A stretch of DNA of 64,000 nucleotides from assembly GCA_965263035.1 (NCBI GenBank), contig OZ253580.1, positions 224,001-288,000 on the forward strand. The letters are read 5' to 3'. Below, piece by piece: positions 9,777 through 20,116 of this stretch. The notes beneath the pieces were generated by a model. It worked only from the letters and a program-made list of their open reading frames with translations, was not told the DNA's origin and did no database searches. The position numbers and the translations under genes are program-made. This DNA is from Acidobacteriota bacterium. Lineage in GTDB: Bacteria > Acidobacteriota > UBA6911 > RPQK01 > JAJDTT01. Position 1 is the first letter of the stretch, and every line of letters begins with the position of its first letter.

Positions 9777-11294
9777 CTACTCCACCTTGATGGAATAGAG
9801 CTTGGCGTTCCCCAGGAGGAACTTGAGGCGGACTGGCCCGTCTCCCACGCCCGACAGGTCGCGGCCCCCTTCCCAGGTGACCTCCTGGTAAAGGTTTCCA
9901 TGGTGCACGGGCGTGCAGTTGGAGGCCTCATAGCCAGCCAGTGCCACGCCGTCCGTGTCCTGGACCTCTACCCGCACGTACCCCTGAGCTGACGGATTCT
10001 TGCTGTAGAGCTTGCTGTAGAGCTCCTTGCCGCTGTCCCGCTGGAAGTTCAGCCGCTTCTCGGTCATGGAGGACATGTTCACCGACAAGGTTCTCCCCCC
10101 GAGATTCAGCGGCGGGGTCAGGACCCAACCTTCGCTGGTGGCGTCGAAGGAGACGAACCCGTCCTGGCGCAACGTGCCGAGCCCGATCCGGCCGTCGTGG
10201 TCCCGAGACGGTGCGTTGTGCAGATTGGTGAAGCCGGAGTAGTAGATCCAGACCTTGCCGTCCTTCACGAACGGACTGCTGGAGGGGTAGACCATGCCGC
10301 TGTCGAAGGTGTCGTTGCGGTAGTTCCCGTCCGGCGCCAGCTTCATGAAGCGCCGGCGGCCCACCGAGCGCTCCCACTCGAGCCCGTCCCGGCTGGAGAC
10401 CAGTTGGGAGTCCATGAACTGGGTGTAGGTGTGGTAGACCCAGAGCAAGCCCAGGTACTGGCCGGCGTAGGGAAAGGCCGAGAGACCGTAAAACTCGGTG
10501 TCGGGCGGATCATACGGATCCGGATCCAGGACCTGCTGGGAATCCCGCCATTGGATGAAATCGTCGCTCACCAGTCGGGAGACCTTCCGGATAGGTCTGC
10601 TGATGGTCTTGTGGTAGAGCAGGAACTGACCGCTGTCCGGGTCCTGGGTCACCGAAAACGTGTCGCCGGTCGCCCAACACGGCACCACCGGATTCTCCGG
10701 GTAGTCGGTCCACTCCTTCCCGTCGGGCGAGAAGGCCACCGAGATCCCGCAACGATCCATGTCATGGGTCTGCCAATAGGCCAGTTTGTAGCGCCGCTTC
10801 GGATCCGTGTCCGAAGGGTCTTTCAGGAGGGTGTGGGTCCAACCGGACCACTTGAGGAAGATGTTGTTTTTCTTGGATCCCCTGAACTCCACCAACCCCA
10901 GATCCGGTTTCTCCCAGGCGAGGCCGTCGCGGGAGGTAGCGTAGCAGAGGTAGTCTTCGACGTAGGGCCGTTTTTGGGTGCCGATGGTGTTGTACCACAT
11001 CTTGAAGAGCTGCTCTTCCTCATCCCAGATCACGGTCCCGGGTTGGAGCACCAGGTAGCCCTCCCAGGGCCGATCCGGCTTCACCACCGGGTTTTCCCGG
11101 TGCTTGGTCGGGCGATTCAGGGAGCGCCATACCCTGTCCGTCTGCGCCACCAGACGATCGTCCACGAAGAGGTGGGTTCCCGGTCCCACCTCGATGGGAG
11201 GCGGTCCCTCCTCAGCGGGTTCGGAAGTACAGGAAAGCGCGCCGAAAAGGCAGGCGAACAAAAGGACCGTTGCGAATCTCCCCAGATTTTTCAC
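9777..11294 (-). CDS. Lipoprotein with GH32/GH43-like five-bladed beta-propeller plus conserved C-terminal beta domain
   Basis: Lipobox (LFGALSC). HLFVDD, NPVVKPDRPWE, YATSRDGLAWEKPDLG and RQDGFVS...V.W...LKF motifs shared with paralogs at 11340 and 31076. Confidence 0.75.
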   Translation of the reverse strand: MKNLGRFATVLLFACLFGALSCTSEPAEEGPPPIEVGPGTHLFVDDRLVAQTDRVWRSLNRPTKHRENPVVKPDRPWEGYLVLQPGTVIWDEEEQLFKMWYNTIGTQKRPYVEDYLCYATSRDGLAWEKPDLGLVEFRGSKKNNIFLKWSGWTHTLLKDPSDTDPKRRYKLAYWQTHDMDRCGISVAFSPDGKEWTDYPENPVVPCWATGDTFSVTQDPDSGQFLLYHKTISRPIRKVSRLVSDDFIQWRDSQQVLDPDPYDPPDTEFYGLSAFPYAGQYLGLLWVYHTYTQFMDSQLVSSRDGLEWERSVGRRRFMKLAPDGNYRNDTFDSGMVYPSSSPFVKDGKVWIYYSGFTNLHNAPSRDHDGRIGLGTLRQDGFVSFDATSEGWVLTPPLNLGGRTLSVNMSSMTEKRLNFQRDSGKELYSKLYSKNPSAQGYVRVEVQDTDGVALAGYEASNCTPVHHGNLYQEVTWEGGRDLSGVGDGPVRLKFLLGNAKLYSIKVE

Positions 11295-11339
11295 GATTCA
11301 TCACCTCTTGAGTTGATGGTCTTTGACACGGACGCAGGA

Positions 11340-12980
11340 TCAGACCGGTTCACGTGCGAATTGAAATGAAAAGAGTTTGGCCCTGCGGACCTGGAAACGG
11401 ACCTGCACCGGCTTCCCTTCCAGGGCGCCGACGTCCGCGCCACCCCGCCAGCTCACGGTGTGGCGGATGCTGTCGGAACCAAAGGCGCGGCAATCGTCCA
11501 GACCGTATCCGGGCAGAATCCGGCCGGTCTCCCCGTCCAGCAGGGCCACCTTGACCGTCCCGTAGCCGTCTCCAGCGTACCGGTCCCGGCCGGTGGCATT
11601 GAGGTTGAGGCGGTTGCCCTGGAAAACGAGAGGCCGGGTGGTCAACGACCCGGCGCCGGTGATGCTGACGAACCCGTCCAGACGAAGGATGGCCAAGCCG
11701 ACCTGGCCTCGTTGCTGCTCGCCCCGCTGGTTGAAGTGGTGCCGTCCGCCGAACCCTTCGTAGTAGATCCAGATCTCCCCCAGGTCCTCTCGAACGATGG
11801 GCGCCTGGACCGTGTAGCAGAGATGCTCATCCCAGCTGCCCTCGGGGCCGTTGGGCAGAAACACCCTGCGGTCCCCGACCCGCTCGAAGCGCCGGGCGTC
11901 CCGGCTCCAGAGCAGCTGGACGTCGATCCGGTCCACCCATGGGCTCCGGGCCTTGCCCAAATCGGTCCCGGCGGGAATCTGGCCCATCAGGTTGTGGTAA
12001 ACCGACGTGAAACCGACCAGCCCGCCACCATAAGGGAGCACCTCCAAGGTGTAGAAATCCCGGTCCCCGATGCGGTCGGCGGCGTCAGCATGAAAACAGA
12101 AGTACCGATCTTCCGGCTCCTGCTTGTCGCCGGGACCGTCCCAGTCCAGGAAGTCCCGGCTGGCCGCCCAGGCCGCCGTTCGCGCCCGCGCGCCCTCGGG
12201 ATAGACGGGCTCCGGCTGAAACCAAAGATCCAGTCTCGGGTAGGTCCTGTGGTAGACGAGGTATTCGTTGGTCCCCGGGTTCCAGATCGGGTTGTTGTTG
12301 GTATCGCTATGGAAGGGAATGATGGGCCGGGAGACGGGATAGGGCTGGAAGCGGATGCCATCGGCGGAATAGCCGGGATAGAGCCCCCCCGCCCCGTCCT
12401 GCTTGCGTTGGAACACGATCTTGTACCGTTCCTGGGGCCTTCGGGCCGCCGGATCCCGGAAAACGCCGATGTTGCCGGGACTCGCGTCTCCCAGGAAGGG
12501 TAGTTGGATGAAGTTAGTGTCGAACCCCAAGTAACGAACTTGGCCCAAGGGTGGCTTTCGCCAGTGGAGACCGTCCTCCGACTCGGCGTAGAAGATGAAC
12601 TTCCGAACCGAACTTCCCCGGGGAGGCCATGGGATCATCCAGCCATAGAACCGATAGAGCTTGAGTTCCGGGTCGTAGAGGACGGACCCGGCGTCGCCCC
12701 CGTGGGAGAGCCCTCCCTTCTGCTCCCAGTCGGTCCCCAGCGGAATCACCGGATTCTCCGGGTAACGGACGGGCTGGTTCAGGAGCTTGAAAACCCGGGG
12801 CTCCATGGTTTCGACGACATGGTCGTCCAGGAAGAGCTGCTTCTCCTGACCGATCTCCAGGGGCGTTCTCGACGGCCCGGCGTGGACGGCGCCTCGGACC
12901 GGCGTCGAGACCGCCGTCGGCAGCGCCGAGGCAGCCGCACCACCGGATCCCAACAGTCTCAAGAAACTCCTGCGCTTCAT
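11340..12980 (-). CDS. Tat-exported GH32/GH43-like beta-propeller protein
   Basis: MKRRSFLRLLG twin-arginine signal at 12980. QLFLDD, YAESEDGLHWRKP and RLDGFVS motifs. Confidence 0.75.
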   Translation of the reverse strand: MKRRSFLRLLGSGGAAASALPTAVSTPVRGAVHAGPSRTPLEIGQEKQLFLDDHVVETMEPRVFKLLNQPVRYPENPVIPLGTDWEQKGGLSHGGDAGSVLYDPELKLYRFYGWMIPWPPRGSSVRKFIFYAESEDGLHWRKPPLGQVRYLGFDTNFIQLPFLGDASPGNIGVFRDPAARRPQERYKIVFQRKQDGAGGLYPGYSADGIRFQPYPVSRPIIPFHSDTNNNPIWNPGTNEYLVYHRTYPRLDLWFQPEPVYPEGARARTAAWAASRDFLDWDGPGDKQEPEDRYFCFHADAADRIGDRDFYTLEVLPYGGGLVGFTSVYHNLMGQIPAGTDLGKARSPWVDRIDVQLLWSRDARRFERVGDRRVFLPNGPEGSWDEHLCYTVQAPIVREDLGEIWIYYEGFGGRHHFNQRGEQQRGQVGLAILRLDGFVSITGAGSLTTRPLVFQGNRLNLNATGRDRYAGDGYGTVKVALLDGETGRILPGYGLDDCRAFGSDSIRHTVSWRGGADVGALEGKPVQVRFQVRRAKLFSFQFAREPV

Positions 12981-13039
12981 ATCGACTTCCCCTCGCGTTT
13001 GGGGCTCTTGCAACGGCGATAGGCAGAGATGAGGCCGGC

Positions 13040-15235
13040 TTACCTGGAAAAGTGCCCGAAACGCACTGGGACCGCCTCCGTCTCCTCCTCTTCCAGCATC
13101 GCTCGGTAGATGTCCTGCCCCTTCCGGAAGAGGTCCAGGGTCTTCTGCTTCTCCCTCTCGTGGCTGAACTGGCCCCTGTCATGAACTCGCTGGATCAGTT
13201 GATCGATCTGCTTCACGAAGAACTGGGCGGCGGCCCGGGAACGGACGGGACGATTCTTGAAGCTGAGGTAGACCGGACTGGTATGGGCATAGAGGGCAGA
13301 GTCGTTGGGAAGAAGCCGGTGCGCCTCGCCCCGGACCCGGACCGCCATCCAGCAGCTGTCCGTGACCTCCAGCCCCTTCTTCAAACGGACCCGCTTCCCA
13401 TCCTTGCGCGCCTTCTCGGTTGCCACCACCCGCCCGTTGACCACGAGCTCGATGCTGGACATGGGAATGTGGGACTCGGCTTCGGCCTCCACCTTCACCT
13501 GCAGCGTCCCCTTCTCCCACTTCAGCTCCGACCCAGGCTCCCGGCCGTTGACGGTGAAGGTGACCATGGGGGCGTTGGTCGCAAAGCTCTTACCCTCCAA
13601 GTAGGCGTCGATCCAATCGGAATAGTCGAGCCGGGGACCCGACTTCACGTAGACCCGACCGGCTCCCGGGATGAGATGGTAGGGCAGGTCAAAGTAGCTG
13701 TCGGTTCCAGCCGAAATGGGACAACGGAATCCGGCGTTCAGGAGCTGGTACCAGTGGGCCGTGTTCTTCTCTTCGTCGCCCTGGCACATGACGTCGATGG
13801 TGTCGACCACGCCCAGGGCGATGTCCACCGGGTACTCGCTGGGCAGGCTCGGGTGGACGTAGATGACGGCGGCATTCTGCGCCTTGGCCTTGACGGCCTG
13901 ATAGTAGTTGGCCGGGTCATCCTGGGGATGGGTGGTGCCGGGCCAGCCCACGAAGGCCGGCTCCACGAAGCTCTTGATTCTCAAGAATCCCATGTGCCCG
14001 TAGAGGCGCAGGTTGCGCATCTCCTCGTTCCAGTAGAGGACGTAGCGATCCTCCGAGAGGGCATTGGGCCGGCCTTCGACCCGCTTGCGCTCATAGACGT
14101 AACCGTCCTCGCTGTTGCAGGCCAACATGTGGGCCACGTTCAGGTCTTCGGCCTTCACCACGAAGAGCACGTCCTTCGGTTTGATCCGGTCGTCCGCCCC
14201 GGTGATGGGATCGTGGAAGAGATTGGCGTGCAAGTGAGTATCGCCGGACCACCAGCCCTTGGCGCCCATGTCCCACGTGCGCTCCAACCGAAAATCCAGT
14301 TCCTTCACCTGACCCTTGGCGACTTGGACCTTTCGCGCCACCGGTGCATATTCCAGGCCCTTGACCACCTCCAGCGAGACGGTCCCGGCCGGGACGCCCA
14401 GTTCGAAGCTGCCGTCGGCGTAGAAGTAGTACTCCCCGCCGTAGGGCTGGCGGTAGTCGCCGTTGGTGATGCGAGGTTGAGCCCCCGCCGGAGTGTAGGA
14501 CTTTCCATCGGGTCCGGAGAGATAGACCCGCGCCTGGGTCGGCCGGCCGTCTTCATCCACGACGCTGACCTTCAGGGTCCCCGAGTCCCAGGCCCGGGTG
14601 GGAAGCGAAATCTCCCGGGACAGCGTCCCGGCATCGAGCTTCAGGAGCACGGCGCCGCCCGCCCACCCCTTCAGGGAGACGGGGACGAACCAACCCAGGG
14701 TCTGTCCGGCTTGCAGAGTCCGAGTCTTCTCCTGGACGCTCACGCCCATGGTCCCGCTTCGGGCCGACACCTGGATTTCCCCGGTTCCCGAATTCCGGAC
14801 GATGAAGGGGACGGGAATCACCTGCGATTGCAGGAGGTCCAACCTTTCGGGCGCCTGCTTGACCTCGATCCGATCCGAAATCTCCAGCTTCACCAGGCGC
14901 GGACTCTCCAATTGCTGGTACGCATCGCTCATCAGATCGACCACTCCCTCCAGGGGCAGCGGGTTGTAGTTCAGATTGTCGCCCCACTCCTGGGCGTAAG
15001 TTTCGCCCTTGATGATGCGTTGAACCTTGAGGATGGAGGGCCGATTCGTGTCCGACCACTGGAGCAGCCGGATGGCGAACTCGGCGGCGTCCCCCAGGTG
15101 GGGCGCCACCGGCTTGTTCATGACGTAGTTGCCCAACAGGGGGATCTGGGTCAGAGGAACTTTTTTGGTCTCCGCCCGGAGCGAGCCGGAGCCGGCGGCA
15201 AGAACCAACAGAAACACGAGTAGCCATCGATGCAT
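13040..15235 (-). CDS. CehA/McbA-family (PHP-like) metallohydrolase, exported
   Basis: WWSGDTHLH, NEEMR...GHM, YVHP, ISAGTD, GRVYV, FATNAP and AHTSPVY motifs. Signal peptide from MHRWLLV. Alternative start at 15247. Confidence 0.8.
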   Translation of the reverse strand: MHRWLLVFLLVLAAGSGSLRAETKKVPLTQIPLLGNYVMNKPVAPHLGDAAEFAIRLLQWSDTNRPSILKVQRIIKGETYAQEWGDNLNYNPLPLEGVVDLMSDAYQQLESPRLVKLEISDRIEVKQAPERLDLLQSQVIPVPFIVRNSGTGEIQVSARSGTMGVSVQEKTRTLQAGQTLGWFVPVSLKGWAGGAVLLKLDAGTLSREISLPTRAWDSGTLKVSVVDEDGRPTQARVYLSGPDGKSYTPAGAQPRITNGDYRQPYGGEYYFYADGSFELGVPAGTVSLEVVKGLEYAPVARKVQVAKGQVKELDFRLERTWDMGAKGWWSGDTHLHANLFHDPITGADDRIKPKDVLFVVKAEDLNVAHMLACNSEDGYVYERKRVEGRPNALSEDRYVLYWNEEMRNLRLYGHMGFLRIKSFVEPAFVGWPGTTHPQDDPANYYQAVKAKAQNAAVIYVHPSLPSEYPVDIALGVVDTIDVMCQGDEEKNTAHWYQLLNAGFRCPISAGTDSYFDLPYHLIPGAGRVYVKSGPRLDYSDWIDAYLEGKSFATNAPMVTFTVNGREPGSELKWEKGTLQVKVEAEAESHIPMSSIELVVNGRVVATEKARKDGKRVRLKKGLEVTDSCWMAVRVRGEAHRLLPNDSALYAHTSPVYLSFKNRPVRSRAAAQFFVKQIDQLIQRVHDRGQFSHEREKQKTLDLFRKGQDIYRAMLEEEETEAVPVRFGHFSR

Positions 15236-15637
15236 TGATTTTTCCATGAAAAGGTGACCTCTGGAGCCCGAAACTGGGCCGGATTCTAGCAGTCTGCGGC
15301 CAAAGTCGCCATGGCATTGACCGGCAACTGCGACCCCCAACTGTGCAAACCGTCAGCGGGTGGCGAAGGCAGACGCCACGACCTGCGTCGACAATCCCGG
15401 AGTCGCGAGGGCATCGTCACCGCCATTGAATTCCAACTTGACCAAGCCCTTGAACCGTTCAGCCAGAGGCGCATCGAATTCTCCACCGTCATGGACATCC
15501 GGCCGGCAAGTATTCCGAAGGTGGGACGGTATGAGGTATGGGAACCTATTCCAGATGTGCCGTAGGCAAAGGGACCATTGATGAGCGTTTCGTACCCGGG
15601 CTGAACCGTTCCGGAGTGTCCAGCCGGTAGGCCGCCC

Positions 15638-15949
15638 TCACTTCTGCTGGCCTTCTGGAAGTGCGAGCAGCCGCTCACTACGCCAGATACGCACGATCCT
15701 TATTCGGCGTGAGTCGCGTCGGTAGACGATACGAAACGGCGGATGGATCAGCTCCCTCAGATAGGGTTGAGTGAACTCCGGCACGATCCGCCCCAGCTCC
15801 GGATAATCACGCAGAGCTTGGATGCGCCTGAAGATTTCCTTGACGATCCGATTGCCGACCTCGGGCACACCCTGCTCCGAATACCAGGTCCTGAGCGCTT
15901 CCAGATCCGCGACCGCGGAATCGGCGAAACGAATGGAAACTTCAGGCAT
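15638..15949 (-). CDS. RelE/ParE-family toxin
   Basis: IRFADSAVADLEAL...YPELGRIVPE...RELIHPPFRIVYR...IVRIW. Starts 4 bp after the antitoxin stop. Confidence 0.88.
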   Translation of the reverse strand: MPEVSIRFADSAVADLEALRTWYSEQGVPEVGNRIVKEIFRRIQALRDYPELGRIVPEFTQPYLRELIHPPFRIVYRRDSRRIRIVRIWRSERLLALPEGQQK

Positions 15950-15953
15950 TCGG

Positions 15954-16223
15954 CTAATTGAAACCGAGCCGCGCCTTTGCGTCCGCCAAGGAAACCTCCC
16001 GGCCGGCCTCAAGGTCTGCAAGCCCGGTGACGACGGCCCGCATGAAAACCCGTTCTTCTTCGGCCCTCTCGTAGTCTGTGACCGACTGAACCACGGCCAC
16101 GCTTCGACCGCGGCTGGTCAGGAGCACCGGTCGGTGTGCGTCCACCGCCTGCTTGACCACCCGACGTGGATCAACCTGCAGGTCGGTAAGAGAAACTGGC
16201 TCGTCGAAGAATTTTGTGTCCAT
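15954..16223 (-). CDS. Phd/YefM-family antitoxin
   Basis: VSLTDLQ...VVKQA...PVLLTSRGRSVAVVQSVTDYE, directly upstream of the toxin. Confidence 0.88.
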   Translation of the reverse strand: MDTKFFDEPVSLTDLQVDPRRVVKQAVDAHRPVLLTSRGRSVAVVQSVTDYERAEEERVFMRAVVTGLADLEAGREVSLADAKARLGFN

Positions 16224-16406
16224 CCTCGGCGATTCCTAACTGGGAAGTGATCCTACAGTAGCATCCGGCAACAGAGTCTTGCTACCGATTCCATCCGGCT
16301 TTTGCCCCAGCATGTCTTGTAACTATCGTGCTTCGCAGACCCTGTCGAAGTATACTGAGTTGGAGAATCAGAAGGGTAAATCCTCCGCAAGAAAAGATCG
16401 AAGGCC

Positions 16407-17297
16407 ATGAGAAAAGCACGCATCGACGACCGCGACTGGAGCGCTCTGTCCCGGGGAGAACAGCTCTATCAGATCGAGGTGGAGGGCTATCTGCTCATGC
16501 CGAATATGCTTTCGCCCCAGGAGGTGCGGCAGCTCAAGTCGGAGACGGCGCAACTGAAGACCTTCCCCATGCCCTACAGCGAGCACCAGCGCGACCGGGT
16601 GCTCCAGCCGGGGCCCAACCCCTATCCCGGCTCCGACTGGGAACCCTACCGCTTCGGCCGGCAGGGGGGCGCCATCGCGAACCTCATCGGCCACCAGCCC
16701 ATGGTGGACTTTCTGGAAGGGCTCTTCGGTGACGAGATCGTCTTCATGACCTATCTGTACGCCCGGTCCGAGCCGGGACACCCGGGGATCAGCCTTCACA
16801 CCGACGGGCAGCCCTACGGATCGGAAATCTTCGGATACGAGTGCAGCTGCCCGGTCATGGTCAAGGTCCTCTACTACCTGGACGACCTGACTCCCGACGT
16901 CTCTCCCTTCAGCGTCCTTCCCCGGTCCCACCTGTCCCTGCACCGGCAGGCCAATCCCTACCAGCGCTACCGCGACCACCCGGATCTGGTGATGGTCACG
17001 GCAACGGCCGGATCGGCGCTGGTGCTCCATCACCGTGTCTTCCATGGCACCTACGCCAACGTGGGCCGCCGGTCTCGGGAGATGTTGCAGCTGGGATACC
17101 GCCCCGCCTGGTCCGGACCCATCCAGGAGAAGGTTCCGGCCTGGGACCCCGAGGAACTGGACCTGCTTCCGCCTCGGGTGCGGCGCCTGTTCACGGACCG
17201 GAACGCCTGCAAGTTCAGGGACGACGGCGATCACAAGCCGGCCGACATGGCCAGCTCCGCCGACTGGATCAGTCCCCAGCGCTGGGACTGGAGATAG
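16407..17297 (+). CDS. Phytanoyl-CoA dioxygenase (PhyH)-family Fe(II)/2OG oxygenase
   Basis: GYLLMPNML, HTD iron motif, YYLDD...LPRSH and AGSALVLHHRVFHG...R. Confidence 0.85.
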   Translation: MRKARIDDRDWSALSRGEQLYQIEVEGYLLMPNMLSPQEVRQLKSETAQLKTFPMPYSEHQRDRVLQPGPNPYPGSDWEPYRFGRQGGAIANLIGHQPMVDFLEGLFGDEIVFMTYLYARSEPGHPGISLHTDGQPYGSEIFGYECSCPVMVKVLYYLDDLTPDVSPFSVLPRSHLSLHRQANPYQRYRDHPDLVMVTATAGSALVLHHRVFHGTYANVGRRSREMLQLGYRPAWSGPIQEKVPAWDPEELDLLPPRVRRLFTDRNACKFRDDGDHKPADMASSADWISPQRWDWR

Positions 17298-17341
17298 AAC
17301 CGCCTTTCGAGCGGGCGCCGGCGCCTGAGGTCGGGTGATGC

Positions 17342-18727
17342 CTATTCCTGGAGCCGCGTGAATGTGAAGGTTCCCAGTGGGTTCGCAGTCCGGCCGTCGC
17401 CGAGGGGAGGTTCCGTGATCCTCCGAATTGGCTGCGGTGGAACCGTAGGCGCGTTGGGAGAGTTGAAGGTCACTCCACTGTCGGTCCCGGCGTCATAAGG
17501 GAAAAGCTCAAGAGTCCGTTCCTCGACCCAATCCTCCGATTCGAAAAGACTCAGATCACGCACGCCCACGAACCAGTCAGGGCTGGGGGCGATCATGGAC
17601 ACGAGGGTCACCAGTGGATAGTCCTGACTGATCTCGAATTCCAAGGAGACCGATCCAGGCGACCTGCCGATGCCCCTTCCCTGGAGCACGTGCTCGGCGG
17701 TCCCGAGCGGGATGGCGCCCCGGACTTCACCAGCCAGCCGACTCTGGGCGCCGGTCTCGGCCATGCTCTTGATCCCCGGAGTGGCGTTCTGTCCCGGCCC
17801 CCAGAAACGGACCGCCTCGTTGTGAGTGCCTCCGATGAGTCCCGAGAAATGAGGTGACGACGGGAAATCCCGGGGTTGGGTGGCTGCGCTCCAGGTGGCG
17901 TTGAAGACGACCCGGTAACGAGCCGTGGCCGGAAGATCGGGGGGAATACCCGGGAGAATAGCGGCCGGGACTCCGGTCAGATGAAACCGTCCTCCCTCCA
18001 GCAGCCGCTGCCGGAGTGCCACCAGATGAAAAGGGTCCTTCGATTCGCAGAGAATCGATCCGATGAATTCCCCTTGACCCGCGTGCTCGGGAAAGAACTC
18101 GCTGGCGAACCTGGCGCCCTCCTCTTCCACCGGGATGGTGTCCAGCGACTCACCGCCTTCATCGAAAAGGGTCAGCCGAAAGGGCGCCGGCTCATCCCCG
18201 ACGGATTCGCCGGAGCGAGGACGGCGAATGGCGATGCCGGTCCTGGTCTCCGTCGAAGGAGACACCTCGACCGGGATGCTCACGCGGTGGGCCGCAGGCG
18301 AGGCTGCCACCCCCACCATGTCCACCAACTCTCCGTCCAGCCAGTACTCCAGAAAAAAGGTCACGGCCAAATCGCTCGCCGAGGACCCGTTCTGCCCCTC
18401 GATCTGGAAGACGTCGGACCAGATGGGCGAACCGGGTGGAGCCGCCAGGACGTGGCGCATCGTGGCCTGGGGCTCAAGGAGCAACGGAGTCCCGTCGCTG
18501 CCGGTGCGATCGACTCCGTTGTGGGTCCAGGACCGTCCCGACCCGGAACCGAAATCGGGCAGCCGCATCGAACCCTCCCACGTCCGGTCGGTCGGATTGG
18601 TGGTCAAAACCACCACCTGGAAGCCTCCTCCCACCACCAAGTGGGGGTAGACCACCGGTTCGGATTCTTGGGCCCAGGTGGAGGTTCCGAAGACCAGCAG
18701 GATCCCGGGAAGGATCCGTTTGGCCAT
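17342..18727 (-). CDS. Exported protein with C-terminal Spondin_N domain
   Basis: ARYRVVFNATWS...HFSGLIGGTHN...SMIAPSPDWFVGV...YDAGTDSG. Signal peptide from MAKRILP. Longer starts at 18739 and 18772 are possible. Confidence 0.85.
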   Translation of the reverse strand: MAKRILPGILLVFGTSTWAQESEPVVYPHLVVGGGFQVVVLTTNPTDRTWEGSMRLPDFGSGSGRSWTHNGVDRTGSDGTPLLLEPQATMRHVLAAPPGSPIWSDVFQIEGQNGSSASDLAVTFFLEYWLDGELVDMVGVAASPAAHRVSIPVEVSPSTETRTGIAIRRPRSGESVGDEPAPFRLTLFDEGGESLDTIPVEEEGARFASEFFPEHAGQGEFIGSILCESKDPFHLVALRQRLLEGGRFHLTGVPAAILPGIPPDLPATARYRVVFNATWSAATQPRDFPSSPHFSGLIGGTHNEAVRFWGPGQNATPGIKSMAETGAQSRLAGEVRGAIPLGTAEHVLQGRGIGRSPGSVSLEFEISQDYPLVTLVSMIAPSPDWFVGVRDLSLFESEDWVEERTLELFPYDAGTDSGVTFNSPNAPTVPPQPIRRITEPPLGDGRTANPLGTFTFTRLQE

Positions 18728-18861
18728 CGGAGTGATCATGCTGTTCGCGAACTCAGGAAATGTGATTGGCATACATTATAGTCTTACCCAAAAGTTGCGT
18801 TGCCGGGGCCGAATTACACCAAGGGAGTGTCTGGAACCCGCGCCGTGGCGCCAAATCCCGT

Positions 18862-20052
18862 CTACGCCGGCAGATCCAACTCCTCGATGGTCCAGGAGAC
18901 GGGACGGCCCCGCTTGTCGAAGGAAAAACGTTCTCCCAGGTTTCCGGTAGTGAAGACGAAGCCGTCAAACCCGGCGAGCCGAGCCAAATCCTCCAGCTGC
19001 TCCCCGTCCGGTTCCCGGCGGTTCAGATCGACCCCCGCCCCCAGATAGAGTCGGCATCCCGCCCGGCGGCAGACGGACCCGTAGACCCGAGCCAGATCCT
19101 GGTCCAGAGGATTCAGACCGACCCCGTCCTCGCCGTTGTTCAGGTACCCGTAACCGGACAGCCCTTCCGTCAACTGGCGCCCGCTGATGACGTTCACAAC
19201 GAGCTCGTCCACCAAACCGTCGCGGACCCACTTCTGCCAGTCCAGGTGCAGGTTGCCGTAGGGTGGCCCCAGGTAGTTTCCCCGGGGGACCGCCAGGGAG
19301 AGACGCCGGCCGGCGGCCCTGAGCAGAGCCTTGACCTCGGAGAGAAACAGGCTCAGCGACTCTCCCCGAATCCGGCGCCAGGATTCCAGGTCGAAGTCGC
19401 TGTGCAGAATGTCCACGCCGTGACGGCGGCGGTACTCCTCCACCACGGGGCGATTGAAGCCGAACTGGTCGCCGTAGGCGGCCGGCAGCACGTAGGAACG
19501 GGTGCAGAGGTGGAGCCCGTCGGCCGGAGCTTCCGCCAACAGATCGCGCAGCATCTCGAGACGGTAACGGCGGACTTCCGGGTAGTCGTAACAGAGGACT
19601 CCCCAGTGGCGCTCCGTCCCTGAGCGGTCCACCTCCACAAGATCGGGATGGGCTGCGGAAAAACCACTTTGATAAGGATACGGCGTCCCGCGGGGCCGAT
19701 AGAGCAGATCTCGGGGAAGACCCTCATCCAGGAAGGGGAGATAGAGATAAGCTTGCGCTCCCGCGGCACGGGTCACCTCGACGAAATCGGCCACATCCTG
19801 GATCCGGGAAGCCGCCAGCGTCTCCCAGAACCGGGACCAGCCCCGGGACACTTCCCGGTCGTCCTTTCGCTCCACGCAGTATCGCTGGATGAACCAGTGG
19901 TCCACCCGCCAGTAGAATCGACGGACGCCGAAACGATCCCTCCAATACGCGACCGCCGCCGCCAGCTTCTCCCGATCGTCCAGGCGGGCCTCCCCCCGCC
20001 CGTACTCCAGATGATCGGGCCAGTGCACTCGAAGAACGATTTCCTTCGGCAT
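18862..20052 (-). CDS. Glycoside-hydrolase-like TIM-barrel protein (GHL10/DUF187-like)
   Basis: HPDL...LCYDYPEVRRYRL, FGFNRPVVEEYRRRHG and DWQKWVRDGLVD motifs. Confidence 0.7.
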   Translation of the reverse strand: MPKEIVLRVHWPDHLEYGRGEARLDDREKLAAAVAYWRDRFGVRRFYWRVDHWFIQRYCVERKDDREVSRGWSRFWETLAASRIQDVADFVEVTRAAGAQAYLYLPFLDEGLPRDLLYRPRGTPYPYQSGFSAAHPDLVEVDRSGTERHWGVLCYDYPEVRRYRLEMLRDLLAEAPADGLHLCTRSYVLPAAYGDQFGFNRPVVEEYRRRHGVDILHSDFDLESWRRIRGESLSLFLSEVKALLRAAGRRLSLAVPRGNYLGPPYGNLHLDWQKWVRDGLVDELVVNVISGRQLTEGLSGYGYLNNGEDGVGLNPLDQDLARVYGSVCRRAGCRLYLGAGVDLNRREPDGEQLEDLARLAGFDGFVFTTGNLGERFSFDKRGRPVSWTIEELDLPA

Positions 20053-20116
20053 ACGCGCTCTGGGGACCGAAAAGACAGATGCGGACGTCTCATGCCGCCG
20101 AACGGCATGGCGCCGC

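Noticed and set aside
15311-15565. 84-aa ORF in the ~390-bp gap beside the toxin-antitoxin pair
   Set aside because: No SD, no motif and no recognisable homology. It could be a gene remnant but I cannot support that.
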